From Chrysemys picta bellii (taxonomy: Eukaryota), in contig NC_088798.1 in assembly GCF_011386835.1 (NCBI RefSeq), positions 26,226,001 to 26,290,000 of the forward strand: a stretch of 64,000 nt of DNA. Direction: 5' to 3'. The notes beneath the pieces were generated by a model. It saw nothing but the letters and a program-made list of their open reading frames with translations, had not been told where the DNA came from and ran no database searches. The position numbers and the translations under genes are program-made. Below, in pieces: positions 22,988 to 35,625 of this stretch (position 1 is its first letter; each line of letters starts with the position of its first letter).

Positions 22988-24803
22988 TGGAGAGTCAGAA
23001 GGGTACAGTTTTGCAAAAGAGAATTGTGGAGGTGGAACCAGGGACAAGTGAGTAACAGCTGGATCTGTGGATGATGAGGGAAGGTAGGATCTGGGAGGAG
23101 TCTTGGGAAAGACAAATGTGATTTCTTAATATTTCCTGCATATTGTACCAAAATCAGTTCCCCCACATTGGTCCAAAGACCACAAGGACCATTCCAAATC
23201 CAGGTCATTATGTGTTAGATCCGACTCCCATTAGCTTCAATGGAAAATGGATCAGGCTCTGAATAGGAAACCGTCCTTTTTCCCCTCCTCTCCCCTTTCT
23301 CTCATTTGGTCTTGGCCCATCTCTCATTTGAACCTTCAAAGAAGTGAAAGTTTATCCTGTTACCAAACCTCCTAAGTGAAAGAAATAACCCAACTGTAAG
23401 AATGACACTTGTTTGTATGAGAAATGAACCTTTTCTCCCAGAAATAGGCACAAGGCATAGGCATCTTTTCCAATTACATTTCTGAGCAAGTGGCTCTTCT
23501 TATATTAGGACTGAAGCCTGACCCAACGGATAATGTTATTTAGCCTCTATTAATATTCATTTTTATATATGCAACACCTTATGGATATGGCAGAAGATAA
23601 TTATCTGCCCCAAAACTTATGATCTAAACCCTCAAAATAACAACAAAGGAAGGCAAAAGAAATGCAACAAAAGAAGTGGCTGAGCACTTGTGCTTCGTGT
23701 GTGTCATGTTCGTTCCTAAGTACAGGCGACAAATGATTTGTAAAGTATTATTTATCCAATTAATGTATTAATTAAAGTATGTGCTTAAATTTATTTACTG
23801 TAAGAATTATTCCTTGGTCTGTGTTGCTTAATTGTGAGTGGTCACATAAGTCACATGGTAGTCTTTCTATTTCCTGATTGGATGAAAATAATTCTGATAA
23901 TCAGGTTTCTAGTGTAAATGCTTAGATAGTGAATATAAAATTCACTGCTCATGGATGTTTGAGAATCAAAAGCTTAAAATATACTTTCCATGGGCTTTAT
24001 GCTGATGACACTAGATCACGTGAATGAGGGAGGTAAGTGAATACAAAAGGGATATGAGCATAGCAGCATGTACATATTAAAAAAGAAATCATATCAAAAT
24101 GAAGACTCAACACAATTCTCTGCTGGGGAAGGAATGAGACAGAGAGAACAAACTACACATGACAGATATTAGTCATAGCATTTAATATCCTGATAGGAGA
24201 TGCTAATACTATGAGAACAATATAAAAACCTATTTAGAACTGAATAGAATGGAACAGAAACATGACCACCATGAATTTGTTTTGACATTCAAATTAATAT
24301 CAGAGTAATGTTTGCAGTATCTTCCTGGTTCTGGTTCTTAGATTTCTTTTTAGTTTTATCCTTTGTTTTGGTTAATATTGATATGGTAATGTGAACTAAA
24401 TTAAAGGATTATGAGTTGAGGTTCACCTGGCACACAATAGTAGAAAAGTTTAGGGATGATTGGTGGTTCTCTGCAGATGGTTCTTCGTAGGTGGATCTAT
24501 GCACCTAAATAGAGTGCTGTAAAACTCATTGGTACTTTGTGCATTGGGACTTTCTGATTCTAAATGGCATAATGTAGTTAAGGCTTGCAATGTTTACCAT
24601 TCTCAGAATTAATATCATAGTCTATTTACATGTCTGTATTTATATCTCTTCCATTTTATATCAAGAGATTAATAAAATGTAAAATATCCAGCCACAGGCC
24701 CTGAATCAGGAGGATACTTAAAGCACATGTTCAGCTATAAATATGTGCTTGAGTGCTTTCTTGAATAGATATGCTTTCCTGAATTGGAGCCATACTGGTT
24801 ATT

Positions 24804-25889
24804 TGTGACCGTATATATTATTATGGTCACCACTTTTACAAGACTACGATACCTTTTGTACAAAGTATACCCTGTGAGGCATCATTTGAAAAGTCATAAT
24901 CTGCTGAACATTATTATTCCATTGAAATATGCATAACAACAGTTTATGTGAAGTTATGACATTCTACTGTATGGTTGTTACTGAAATATGTTGTAATTCT
25001 GGGTAACACCCACAAACCAGTTTTTCAGAGACAAAGACACATTGGCCCCAGCCAGGTATTAAAAAAACTGTCAAATGCTTAAGCAGCATTCTCCCACAGG
25101 GGAAGGTGTGAATAAGAAATTGTATCACAGGAACGTTCCAAACCTAACATCCACAAGAGACTGCTTGTCTCCTACACCCCAGCTGGGAGTAATCCTGGAA
25201 GAAGGGAGAGGGTTATAAAAATGTGAGACAATGGCCTCTACTTAACCTCTCCTCCTCCTATCTCTCTGCTCATGACCTCAATGACTCTCAAAGGGGGAGA
25301 GGTCCCAGGCTGAAGAAAGACCCAGCCTGTGGAATTTACTGCAGCGTATGCTGAGGAAAACTTTTGCTTTTAAGTTCACTCAATTTGTTAAATTAGGTAT
25401 TAGCTTTGTATTATTCTTTTACTTTCTTTTGTAACCAATCCTAACTTGTGTGCATCATCACTTGTATTCACTTAAAATCTATCTTTCTGTATCAATAAAC
25501 TTGTCTTATTATTTTATCTTAACCAGTGTGTTTGGATTAAAGTGTGTGGGAGACTTCATTTGGGATAACAAGACTGACACATTATCATTTTCCTTTGATG
25601 AAATGACAAACTTTCTATGAGCTTGTACTGTTCAGAAAGGTACTGAGCAGCACAAGACACATGTTTCTGGGGAACAAGCCTGGGACTAGAGAGTTTTCAG
25701 GAGTCGCAATGTGTGACTGATCAGAATGCTCATGTATTTAGCTGGGAGTGAATTTACAAGCTGAAGGCTGAGTGAGGAGGCCAGGAGTGGCTGTTCTGAC
25801 AGCAAAGCAATGTAAAAGGCACCACAGATTAGAAAGTGAAGGGGACATCACTGTTCAATAGTCCCGATTGTATCCTGGGTAATGTCACA
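24804..25889 (+). mobile_element. Solo LTR, 1086 bp
   Basis: TGTGAC...GTCACA termini; flanks ttatt / ttact (4/5 TSD); TATA-like ttataaaa near 25213; aataaa near 25494. Confidence 0.85.
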
Positions 25890-26776
25890 TTACTGTAGTT
25901 GTAGTAATAAAATGCTTAAAGAAAATCTAGCTGGTCAATATGGAAATAGAATTGCTTTGTCCCCCGTCTATGTGCCAGAGAATTAAAATCAGAGAAACCT
26001 TCTGACAGCATATTCCAATGCATAAAATACTTGGCCCCTCTCATTACTACCATTATGTACATTGGCAGCTAATTTTCCTAATGCTGCCCACAGGTAAAAG
26101 TGAAGATAGTTTCTTAATCTTTAACACACCTCAAATTATCAACCAATAAGGGTTTTCATTTTTATTTATCCTCACAAAGAATGTCCCACCAGTAAAACAG
26201 CACATCCAGAAGTTTAAGACATATTGAAGGCTGAGCATATATCTGATATCAGCCCAAAGTTCATTTGAAACATGCTGCAAACCACACGTTCTCTTTAGAT
26301 GAATAAACATATAATTTACAACAGAACCTGGATCCTCATATTTTATTTCTGGTTGTTTTGACTTTACTTTATTTCTAATCCTTGAGTTCAGGGATGGACC
26401 TACTTAACTGAGAGAAAAAAAGCTTCAGCATTTAAAATGTTAAAAAAGACTTGCTGTTACTTATTTTCTTTGGATAAGGCACAGTATTTCAAATAAGCTA
26501 TCAAAATACCTCTATAGGCTACTCTGCAAAGGTATGGAGCCTGCTGCTCTTCATTCTCAATGCCTGGAGTCAGGTCAGGACAGGAATACCCGCTGTGATA
26601 AACTGTAAAGGGCGTTATGTACAATTTGACTAGTCAAGCAAGGATTTGCTTGTTGGTGTATTCTAAATCTTTTGTTCTTTAGCTCTGTCCCTTAAAATCT
26701 CAAACATAGCAAAATAGAGCCTAAGATCAGGCATAGGGATTGTAGCAAGACAAGAGTCTTCTACTTTACTTTGTGT

Positions 26777-26874
26777 GAGACAAGGTAGGTGAGGTAATAT
26801 CTTTTATTGGACCAGCTTCTGATGGTGAGTAAGAGACAAGCTTTCAAACTTACACAGAGCTCTTCTTCAGGTCT
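26777..26874 (-). mobile_element. Penelope pLTR fragment of a second family, containing a hammerhead motif
   Basis: Reverse complement agacctgaagaagagctctgtgtaagtttgaaagcttgtctc...ggtccaataaaagatattacctcacc. Confidence 0.75.
26834..26874 (-). ncRNA. Minimal hammerhead ribozyme motif (canonical CUGAAGA core, decayed stem II)
   Basis: AGAC-CUGAAGA-A-[GAGCU..AGUUU]-GAAA-GCUU-GUCU on the minus strand. Confidence 0.55.
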
Positions 26875-27566
26875 TCCTTTGTGTGTGCATAATTCTGATC
26901 AGAAATTCCTAGCTGCTGATACTAAGCAGAATCTTTTGAACTTCATAAATTCATGATTAGGGAGGGAAATATGAAAGCAGCTCGGCAGTTACTTTATCGA
27001 AGCAGTAACTAAAACATGCTCCCCCTTCAAAAATGCTTTTAAATAATATCTAGAGATAGATTACAATAATTACAGCCTATTAGGTTTCTTTTATTATTTA
27101 AATCTTTGCTATGATAAAGGGATAGAATCATTAAATGTAATTATGACATTTAGACCAAGAAATTGTTTTAGAGATACTCTGTTTTTGGGGACTGAAATAG
27201 TCGTTTAGCCAAGTATTTTGTATGTAACAGGAAAGCACTCATAATAATATTTAGTAGTTTTTTAACTTCATGTCTACTGTGTGTCATACAGCCAATGATG
27301 ACAGTGCATATTTTGAAAGAATGGTGTGTTAAGAAAGCTGACTTCTAACATGTAAAGTTTTGATTCAAAATTTGTATAGGCTTACATTTCCCATTTTGTG
27401 GTGGCAGATGCAGTCAGTCAGGTATGGGATCTCCTTTTCTGAACTCAACCATGGCCAAGCTCCATATCATCCCAGCTATAGAGGGCAGTGGGAAGTAGCC
27501 AAAGTAGCTCTGGTGCACTGGAAGGGGCGGGGCCTGGTGATACCACACAGTACATTGTTCCCAGAA

Positions 27567-27640
27567 GGCAAGAAGGTCTTGTGATTAAAGTCGTGGAAGG
27601 AGCACTTGGGAGACTGCACTCTCAGCTCTGCCACATACCG
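27567..27640 (+). mobile_element. MIR-like SINE tRNA-derived head remnant
   Basis: aggcaagaaggtcttgtgattaaag...ctctcagctctgccacatac. Confidence 0.4.
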
Positions 27641-27901
27641 GATTAGACCAAAGAGCAGTAAGGAACTGTTAGTGCATGTCAGCAGGGTCCTCTTGATACT
27701 TAGAATTCAGCTGGCTAGTTTGAATTACCTTTACATCATAGCTTGTGAACCTAATATTTGTATAGACAAGCCCTTAATGTGTAACCTTGGGTACGTGACA
27801 ACCACTCTGGGTGGTACCTAAAATTGCATGTTCATGTCTAGGGGAAATTTCAAAAGCACCTACACAGATTAAATACTAGAATTTCAACTCCTCATGCCTG
27901 A

Positions 27902-28187
27902 GGCTATGCGTACACTATGCTAAAGTTCATTCTACGGGGGGGTATGAATTGCAGCACATCTAAGTTCTGTACTGTAACTGCCCCATGTGAACATTGCTCA
28001 TGCACACTAACAGATACCGAGTTTGCATTAACGTAGTCCTCTTCAAACTTGACTATGTTAACCTGAATGAGGTTCCTTTTAGTTTGTGCTAGCAGAGTCC
28101 ACCCAGGGCAGATACAGCACAGGACTTTGGTATGCACTGCAGTTCACATCCCCGTAGTCCAAGCTGCAGGGCCATATAGAGAAGCAC
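27902..28187. mobile_element. PIF/Harbinger MITE nested in an older palindromic element (27841-28257)
   Basis: Termini ggctatgcgtacac / atatagagaagcac; flanks tga / taa; partial fold-back interior. Confidence 0.7.
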
Positions 28188-29509
28188 TAAGTCAATTTTG
28201 AAAATTGGACTTAGGCTCCTAATGTACTTAGGTGCTTTTGAGAAATGATCTTGACCCTGCTATGAGTGACAAAAATTGCTGCAACTGGACCTGTGTTAGA
28301 TTTAAAACATACAAACAAAAAATAGATATTTCATGGAAACCACACTGAAAAAGGTTGGAAGAGTGTTTGTTTCTTAAGATCTCCTGGAACTCATACACAC
28401 CTTGGGCTACATCCTAGTGCCTTTGAAGTTAATGGCAAGACTCCTATTGATTTTTAAATGGTACCAGTGTTTGACTGCAGTTTGATGAAAGTCTGGTGAA
28501 TATAAAGCAAATCTATAAATTGCCAGTTTAGAAACTGTGTAGATGTTGGAAGAAAACAATAAGTAGTCATCCTCTTCCCCCCTCTTATTGTTTGTCTTTA
28601 AAACTAAAGTTATGTTACTTGTAATAAAATAAATAAATACACATTAAATGCTGCTACTATTTTGGGGGTTGGTTCCACCCATTTATGCATTTATCAACAC
28701 TTCTTGCCAAAGCAGAATATTTTAAAAAATCATTTTGTAAGGACAATGTACACACATCACTCTGGTAAAACATTTTTAACATTTTACACGCTGCTGTTAC
28801 TAGTGGCCCAATCGGAAAAATATGACCCTAAAAATATTCCATTTCCTGGAGCTTTGATGCTGTATGAAGCCTTTTCAAAATGAAGACAGAGAACACCTTG
28901 GGTTTTTTTCTTAACCATTACAATCCTCCTGGGTTTTCTTGTATCTGCCTCTTTCTTGCTTTTTGTTTCTTTCATCAAATCTCCTTAAAGGCTGTTGGGT
29001 TTTTTATTTTTAAGTATCTCTGACCTTCTCTGCCCTGTTCTCTTCATCTTTTTTACTACTTATTTTTTTCTTTTTCACTGTTTCTTTTTTTTATTTGTTT
29101 TCTTGTGGGATCACTTTTTCAATAATAAGATGAACTAGAATTACCTTAGAAGTAGCATAGAGCTACATTTGGTCCTGGTAAAGGCAAGTGCAACTTCATA
29201 AGTCAACAGTTTTACTCACTTACACTTACTCTGCCTTTGTTCTGCGTCCTACAACACTAACAACATCACTGTAGGTGCCTGATTTGATCTACCTGACAAA
29301 CCATCTAAATGCACAGGAATAAATGAAGAGAGGGTTGGGAATACGGGTACATGGGTAATCAAATATAGCAATCTATATTGTGTTTGGCTTAAGGTGCATC
29401 CTTGCAGTACATAGGGTGTGATGGTAGCCACATAGTGGTGAGTTTTGCACAAGGAAAACTGATTCTGTCTCAGTTCTTATAGCCTCTCTCTCACTCACAA
29501 GCCTGGCCA

Positions 29510-30242
29510 TGTTATCCAGGGTTCTTTCAACCCAAAGCTCTTGGTAACTTTTACTCTGTGCAAGGTGGTGTCAGGAAATAAATCAAGAGAGACATGGCTG
29601 TCCGACTGACAGATGGCTGGCACAAATAGGGCAACACAAGAGTGCTTTCACTTAAAGCTAAACTTTACTTAGTCTCAAGCTTTTACACACGTCCGCAACA
29701 GGTTAGTAAAACACCCCCAACCCTGGATAATTACCAAAGCTGAGTGTGGCTCTCGAGTGGCACAGTGGCAGCCTTTTGGTGGCCAAATCTTCCGTCTGCC
29801 GGTGGGGACCACAGGATGCGTCCGGAGGGAGAGTCCCTGAAGAAACCCTCCTGAAGAGTCAACTAATTCAAACTTTCCCCCCTAATTTATACATGAGTAA
29901 TACAATGACATGTCACTTAAAGACAACTTGTTAAGTAAGTAGTTTCAAAGGTCAAGCAAGAGGTTTCCTTCTGGTCATCCATCAACCAGGTGTGTTTTTT
30001 TCAGAGTTTGCATGCCTTGAGGCCCCTAAAATACATATATCAGCAATTTCAACACAATTCTTATCAGGAAGGACGGGGAGTCAAGCTGCCCTTTCTGTGG
30101 CACCCAAAACCCCCTCCCCTCCTGCCTTGGTTAAGCTAAAGCTGCTGCATGGCCAATTTATGGCCTGCTGACTTGGCTGCTTTTAGCAATAAGCAATAGT
30201 GGTTTCAGGCACTTTACTGGTTTGCCAAAATCTCTCCATACA
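29510..30242 (-). mobile_element. Solo ERV-type LTR, 733 bp
   Basis: TG...CA termini; perfect 4-bp TSD gcca (29506-29509, 30243-30246); minus-strand TATAAA at 29886-29891 and AGTAAA at 29664-29669. Confidence 0.85.
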
Positions 30243-33200
30243 GCCAGCTCTGCACCACTTCCTCCCCCTCCCCCAACACACCTTTAGGAAGGCTTAAAAC
30301 AAAGTAGTAACACTGGTGTAAAGCTAGTGCCAGTGAGAGGAGAATCAGGCCCATTGCCTCAAGAAAGCCTTCATATCTTACTGGCCAAGTGAGATCAAGG
30401 GCTAAATACTACTCAGCATACTCAAAGGAATATTCTCATTGAAATCAATGGAATCTGCTTACATGTGTAAGGTGAGCAGTAGTCACCTGTAGGTGTGGAC
30501 ACCAAATTTGGACCCTCTCTATGGCACTGTGCTGGTTTTCTTTTAATGCTGATTTGGTTGTCAGTTTGATTGCTTTATTAAAGATCAGTGATTTTTAGTC
30601 AGCTGGATTTCCATGATTCTTTAAATTATACTTAGTTTTGCAGCTATTAAAAATGTATAGTCTTCATATCATTTGAGCACTGTACTCATTCAGAGTCTCT
30701 GAGCATCCTGCTGGGGTAGAGGCCCCTGTTTTTCTGGTTCTGCTCGCCTTACCCAGACACTACAGAAATAAATATATATTGAAGCGACTGGTGGTAGTTT
30801 TGCTGAAAATGTGCTTGCTGGGCATCCCAGAGATTATGGAAAACCGTCATTTCTGGAGCTCTGGTCAGGCCACAAAGCCCAGGTGTGTATTGTATCTTTC
30901 AACGAAACACAATGAAGCTGTGTGGGTTTGATTCATTTTCTCATTCAATTCATAATCCTGATGCAAGGGCTCCTGCCCAATTGACTTAGTTTCAGAACTA
31001 GATGAAAGTGCCCATATAATGATATAAAAATGTGAGTGTAAATATTTTGATGGTGGTAGTTTCATTACTTTAGTCACCACATTAGGCACAGTTTAACTTA
31101 ACCTGCTGAGCGGAAATTTTAAGATAAGATGAACTCACTGTAGTTAGGCTGTTAAAGTATATTACAGCACTGAATCTGATAAAATACTTACATTGATCAC
31201 CAGGGATGTAGAAAAGTACACCAAGGAATATAGTCAGTATACTCTAAATTATTAGATTTTTTTTCTGTAAATGTATTACATTTCAGAGGTTAAGTGGTAG
31301 ATGGAAAAATACACTGAAATTTCACTTTTGAGAGTTGATAGCAAATTTTGTTCTTAATGTAATCATGACCAGCAATCAGCCTGTTTTCACAGCTGCACTG
31401 AGGCATGCTACTGCACACCATTTCAAAACGATGCCATTTTTGGCACAAGAAAGGAGCTGGAGATTAGCATGTGTGAAACAGAGTTTCTCTCCCCTCCCTG
31501 CCAGCACTGGAGTTGATGACCTTACAAAGAGGCTTTGCTAAAGTCTAGATTATGACTCACTATGCACCAAAGCAAGGGGGTAAGAGGAAGTAACCCCCCT
31601 AATCTTCCTACATAGGCTACCTGGACTTTGGGTCCAGATCCACATGAGTAAGAGGAGCCAATGCCTGCTTACTTCCTCCCCAGAGCAGGTGGATGGAGTA
31701 GCATGAGTAATGGGGAGGGAATGGACAGAACATTAGTCCATTCCTGCTTTTTGCTGGCCAAAGCATCCAAGCCAGCACAGGGAGCCGCGCAGTAATTTCC
31801 TGCTGGTGTAGTTTAGCAGTAAATTACTATATACCAGAAGCAAAGAGGAAGCAGAGGTGACTCAGAGGCATGACTGTGATCCGCAATGTCTTCAGGGCTA
31901 TCTCTGCTAGTTATCTCCCCACACTCAGAGCTGTGCTAAAAGTCATAATCTAACCACGGAGCATAATCGTCTGATAATCTGATAGTAAAGTAGTGAGTAT
32001 TTCCTTGGCCAGATATTGTGCTGCAGGAAGAACTCACATGCTTTTACAAAAGATTAGAGTACAAATATACCACAAATCAGTTTCTTTTCTACCGTTCAAA
32101 AGGCCAGTTGACAAAACACTCAATTCCTTTTAATTTATCTTCCAACAATATTTTCTAAGTCAACTTGACCATTTCCCTTTTTGATGTGAAAGTAATTTTG
32201 TGAAGGAAAATTATTGATCCAGAAAACATATATTGTCTTAGCATCAAGGCCTGATCTAATGCCCACAGGAACCAAAGATTCCCATTGATTCAAAGGGTGT
32301 TGGATCAAGTCCTTGTTTCCTATGTTTTACAATGTAGCTTATGTTGAGTAGTGTCTTCCAGTGTTCTGTGGAAGTATCAGGTTTTGGTTGCTAGGGATAT
32401 CTATATAAAAAGTCACAAGTATTTTTGCAAGCTTTGCTGAAAAATTATGATTTTGATGAATGGAAAGCCCAGCTTTTTTGTATCAGAATGAAGGAAATTA
32501 ACCCATATTATTAATAGTATGCAACATGTTTTTCACAATCAGCAGCAGCTCTACTTTTTCCATAAATTGCATTTTGAAACAAAGATCTCCTGTGTAAAAC
32601 ATTTGTCTTCAGTAGATACTACATCTGTTGGAGATACAGTTTCACATAGCTGCATAACAGATTGCTGACACTGACATGCGAACACTGATTTGTTCAGAAT
32701 GCCTGGCAGCTTTAGGAATAAATTTTCCTCTTTGAGTGACAGAGATCTTTGCAAAGCAAGTCTGATCTCCGACTCCCTCCATGCTCAATATCAGTGTAAA
32801 GCCACATTCAGTGGTTTCAGGGGACTGGGACACATTTGTGAAGGGCAGAACTGGCCCTTCAGGTTGATTGTTCTTTTTACATGCATAGATTTGCCATTGA
32901 TGTCTGGCTCTGCTGCTTATGCAGAGAGTGCAGAATACCTTTGAAGAAAACAACCATGATGTGAGTCAGCAAGTAGAACCTAGGTCTAAAAGTGTCAGAC
33001 ATTTTGAACAAATTAACATTGTTACCCACTAAAGATGTAGGGGCAAATTCATTTCCCTGATTCTGAGGCAGCAGGGTCTGGTTTGGAGCCCTATACAGAG
33101 AGTTCCCCTCTGCCATAGCCCCTCCCACACCTGACACGCCCATCACCCACTATCCCAGAAAGCTTTCCACAGCAGGAGCCTCGGGAACTCTGATGCAGAG

Positions 33201-35279
33201 CTCGCAGAGCCACTTCTCCACTTCTCTGGTAGAGGCCTCCTGTACCAGTGCTACTCACTGGGGTACCAGTGCGAAGGGCCATGTGGCATTTATGAATATG
33301 GCCTGAAGCATCTACTAAATAAAAGTTTATTCAAGAGATTGTTGCTTCAAAATGCTGATTTACAGTCAAAGTAAAAGAGATGCCTATGGTGGTGATCATG
33401 AAGAACATATTTCAGATCAGTCATGTTCTCTTTTATGCCTTGTTATTGACTTGGATTTACAGTTTCATATATGTCATTTGGATTATTTTGTTGTTTTTCT
33501 ACTGGTTTTGTTGCTGAGTTATGTAGCTGTTTAGGTAACTGTGCCCATCAATCTTGTGATTTTGTTTTTCTTCACGTTTTTCTAGCAATTACAGAATTCC
33601 CATAATGTGTTTATTAGAAACCAAGACACAGGAACATATTTTTAGGGAGTTGGCAGTAATGATAGTGGTAAACCACAAAATAAAATATTGAAACAAATCT
33701 GAATTAGAGCTGTGAGAACTTGGAAAACTTGCCTCATCAGCTAACATTTAACTTTCCAAGTTCAGAAACTAAAGCCAGGTTTAATTAAAATGACACTGTC
33801 CTTGGGTTTTTGTTGGGTTTTGTAATTTTACTTTTTATTCTCTAGTTTTGATACTGTCTTTCAAAGATTAAACATACTTGGCCCACCATTAGGACATCAG
33901 TAGAACTGCATCAACATACACCAGCTGAGAATCTGACACTATATTAACTGTAGGAACATTATTAGTGAATTCAATGCCAGCAGATAAAAAAGTAGAACAC
34001 TAGGTCAAATCAGACAAGATAAATATCTGGAAAAGAATCTCAGAACCATTTCAGGTCCATCCATTAGTAATTCCAAGTAGACTTGCCCAGTCATAGTTTA
34101 ATTCCCACCCATTTGTCTCTACTAATGATATACTTCCCTTTCTGGGACTCTACTTCCAAACATTCTTTCTTGCTTTGGCACTGCAATGTTCTCGTATTTC
34201 AACAATACTGCCTTGCTGTTTACTGGAATGTAAGATTCACTTGGGGTTCCAAAGATTATCTCCTTACTACTAATAATAATATCCAGTTTGTCATCTGACA
34301 CTTGCCTTCTAGGTATCAGTTTTATGTAGCTATGAAACTGTGATCACTTTGTTTTAAGTGTATTTCACTATTAGATTTATCTGAACTATTTGCAGAGACA
34401 GCAGCCATTTTGTACTCAAGCGTTACTACATGATGGCTCCTACTGAAAACTCCATTAGGCGTTACAGCCTGTTATATAGAAGACGCATGTTGTGTCTCAT
34501 TTCTTTCTTATTGTTGTCTTTCTTATCCTAAAATAAAAGTACTTTTAGACTGAAAGTATATGGATGCACTTTATGTATGGGGGAATATAAAATCCAACTA
34601 TTCTCCCAATATGTGCAGGGCTAGTCCATTACCACACTGACTGTAATACTGATACTTTGTTAGAAGTTGTTTGTTTAATCTCTTACCAATAACAAAACAT
34701 TATTTTTGAAGCATTAGGGAAGTGTGGAAAGCTTTTCATATCAAGAAGAACAGTAGAATCTGGGATTGCAAAAAGGCACAAGATATCCCTTTTCAGACAG
34801 CACAATTTTGCAGCTTTTCATCAGAAACATTAGGCAAAAACTTGGCTCACAGGAGGAGGACTGATAAGTATAGGCTAAAGGGTAAACATCACTTACTAAA
34901 ACACTTTTTGGGGGGAAGGTGCGGGGGATCAGTCAATACCTGTATGTTCATATTCATGATGGGACGTACTCTGAGAGGGGAAATCTTCATGCAGGGATGT
35001 AAGAAGAAAAATAGAAATAGTAAAAATGTAACCAAATTTAGAACAAAATCATGGGGCAGAACCTTCTGTTACATCCAAGACTGATCTAACTCACCTTGGG
35101 TTACAAAAGCTATCACGTTGGGGTTGGGATTGGGATTGGGGTTGGAGGGATACAGCTGATTTTGGGCATCCTGACCATGCCCCCTTTCCTCTGAGCACAC
35201 CCTTTTTTTATAGTAGCAGCACAGAGTGGTGTAAAATCTCCAACAACTCTATGCCACCAGAAAAAAAAAATGATGTGAT

Positions 35280-35317
35280 CATTGGTCTGACCCAGTATGG
35301 CCATTCTTATGTTCTTA
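35280..35317 (+). mobile_element. Very short CR1 3' tail
   Basis: cattggtctgacccagtatggccattcttatgttctta, similar to the tail at 100-137. Confidence 0.75.
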
Positions 35318-35625
35318 GGTTCAGATCCAGTATCTGTTAGTTAACTTTTTATTTCTTTTTTAATGTTTTCTTTGAGTTTAATACATCTAAATCAATAGTT
35401 CCTGACTGTTTGGTTTATTAAAGCAAAATGAATTAGTGCTTCTCTTCATTATTTCAGATCATTTTGAAACCTGTTGTCATGAAGGAGTACCAAGAGTACA
35501 GAATCTTCTTATTCCCTGTTTTCTTCATTAGTAGTGTTGCCTGATGTATTGGTTGGTTATTGATTGATTTGGCTATACTGATTATTTAAACCCTCAATTA
35601 GCAACGTAATTAGACTTCTGAGGTT

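Noticed and set aside
35118-35149. Interstitial telomeric repeat
   Set aside because: Units are TTGGGG/TTGGGA, not vertebrate TTAGGG, and there are only about four
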